Source: Callorhinchus milii
Lineage: Eukaryota
DNA: 64,000 bases
Assembly: GCF_018977255.1 (NCBI RefSeq)
Contig: NW_024704742.1
Span: forward strand, 51,772,001-51,836,000
Direction of reading: 5' to 3'
Made by a program: the position numbers and the translations under genes. Under the pieces are notes generated by a model. That model was given only the letters and a program-made list of their open reading frames with translations. It had not been told where the DNA came from and did no database searches. This document shows positions 62,463-64,000 of the stretch, piece after piece (position 1 is the stretch's first letter; each line of letters starts with the position of its first letter).

Positions 62463-64000
62463 ACTGAAACAAATCTGTTATTTATGCTAATTCTATGAAA
62501 CAATGGAAAATAGTTAAGGTTAGTGCAAAGTTACTACCTACAGATGAGACTAACTCCAAAATGAAGAGTTACATATTTAATCAGTTGAGAACTGAAGAAC
62601 ATTTGCTTTTTACAATTGTTATTTCTCAGCTATAAATATGTTCTTTACTTTTAAATTTGATATATTATCCACAAAAGGTTTTCAAATAAGTTCCTTTGCA
62701 GCAGTTAATACATTGTTAATACACTGAATTAAGTTATGTTTCTATTACAGTATTACAGTTTAAACTTCACAAGATAAGGAAATATGATGCAAAAGAATGA
62801 ATTATAAACAGTACAAATTCTGTAGTGCATCACAGATTAGATACAATTCCGGTAAACATGGTCTTTACAGGAATAAACAATCTAATTATCTGGGGTAAAT
62901 TAGCACAATTATCCAGGAAACAAACACTTAAGGAGGAAATAATGTTTAGAGGTAAAATGGAAAAATCTATACTACATATTGACGGTTCAGTGAGAGGCAT
63001 TTTCAGTTAATCTGCAACTTCTTTTATAACGTTTAAAAACAATCACTTCACTTGCAAAATGCATTTAGAATAATTAAAAACTTAAATCTTTTTGGTTGTA
63101 CCAAATTTAGATGCAACCTTTTCCTTTCAAAAATGCTCAAATTATTCCTTTTATCGAAGAGATGTAATCTTACAAGACTAGGAAACTTTCGATGTAAAAC
63201 TATTGAAATAAAACAGATATTTTAAAATGTATTTATGATGGGCATACGGTAAGATTCTGGGATATTTAGTCACTTACCTATAAATTACTAATTTACTTTG
63301 CTATTATAGTCCCAAACCTACTATGCCTCATTTGAATGGTTATTCATTATTCTCATGGGAATGTTTGGCCCGTATGCCTGGACAGGAAAGGGTAAATCAC
63401 AAGAGAAAACTCATTATTTTAAAAACTGTCCCATAACTCTCCCACTTAAGCTACACAAGGGAATACCCCTCAGTAGTAGGTACTAATTGGTCGTTCATAA
63501 GACGTTTAAAAAAACAACACTGGAATCTCAACTCACACTTGGCAATTATTTTCGACTATTTAATAACAAAAGCAGAACTAATCATTTCTTGAGATGCACC
63601 CAATTTCTATCATACTCCCGATGCGTTTTATCCTGCTGTAGTATTCATTAGAAATTGTACAGGTTCTTAACTCCCATTTTCATTCCAGCACTAATAATGT
63701 GGGTTTCTCCCTTCTCAATCTTATAAAATAGAGATGCAATTAGTTATTTTGATTTGTGTCTTGCCAGGACTTAAGTGCATTGCCTTATACAGTGCAATCC
63801 GGTTGAAATGTAGGCGTTGAGATCCATAAGACCTCAATCCGCTATAATTAGGTGAGCAGGTTGGTGCTAAAAAAGGCAGAGAATGCGATCTGGCTGCTGA
63901 CATCACTTCCTGCGTACTGCAGGAAATGACAATAACAGTGATTTTACTGTGTAGTGACGGCATTTGTTGTGAAATATTGCAGCCAATTTGTGTAGAGCAA

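Noticed and set aside
1..64000. CRISPR arrays, operons or other prokaryotic-type systems
   Set aside because: No regularly spaced repeat-spacer arrays or dense ORFs; the sequence is vertebrate repeat-rich DNA

Overview
This is AT-rich, repeat-dense vertebrate genomic DNA. The repeat content (CR1 and L2 LINEs, tRNA-derived Deu-type SINEs with L2-like tails, palindromic Penelope-type elements) points to a cartilaginous fish, probably a chimaera; that is an inference, not a database match. I could not confidently call any cellular protein-coding gene, so the window looks intergenic or deep-intronic, and all long ORFs are decayed retroelement ORFs, their antisense frames or microsatellite translations. 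The main structure is a near-full-length minus-strand CR1 (about 42.6-48.2 kb) interrupted by two antisense insertions of its own family. One insertion forms a roughly 0.9-kb inverted repeat with the host and shares its inactivating lesions in perfectly identical patches. Other notable items: two TSD-flanked palindromic elements with minimal hammerhead-ribozyme motifs, a 2.8-kb L2 nested in a SINE, many 50-70-bp L2-tail insertions, two DNA-transposon MITEs, an unclassified repeat pair, CTCF-like motifs, two CpG-retaining promoter-like islands and a few unverified exon candidates. No new biological system can be established from the sequence alone. Boundaries of degraded repeats are approximate.
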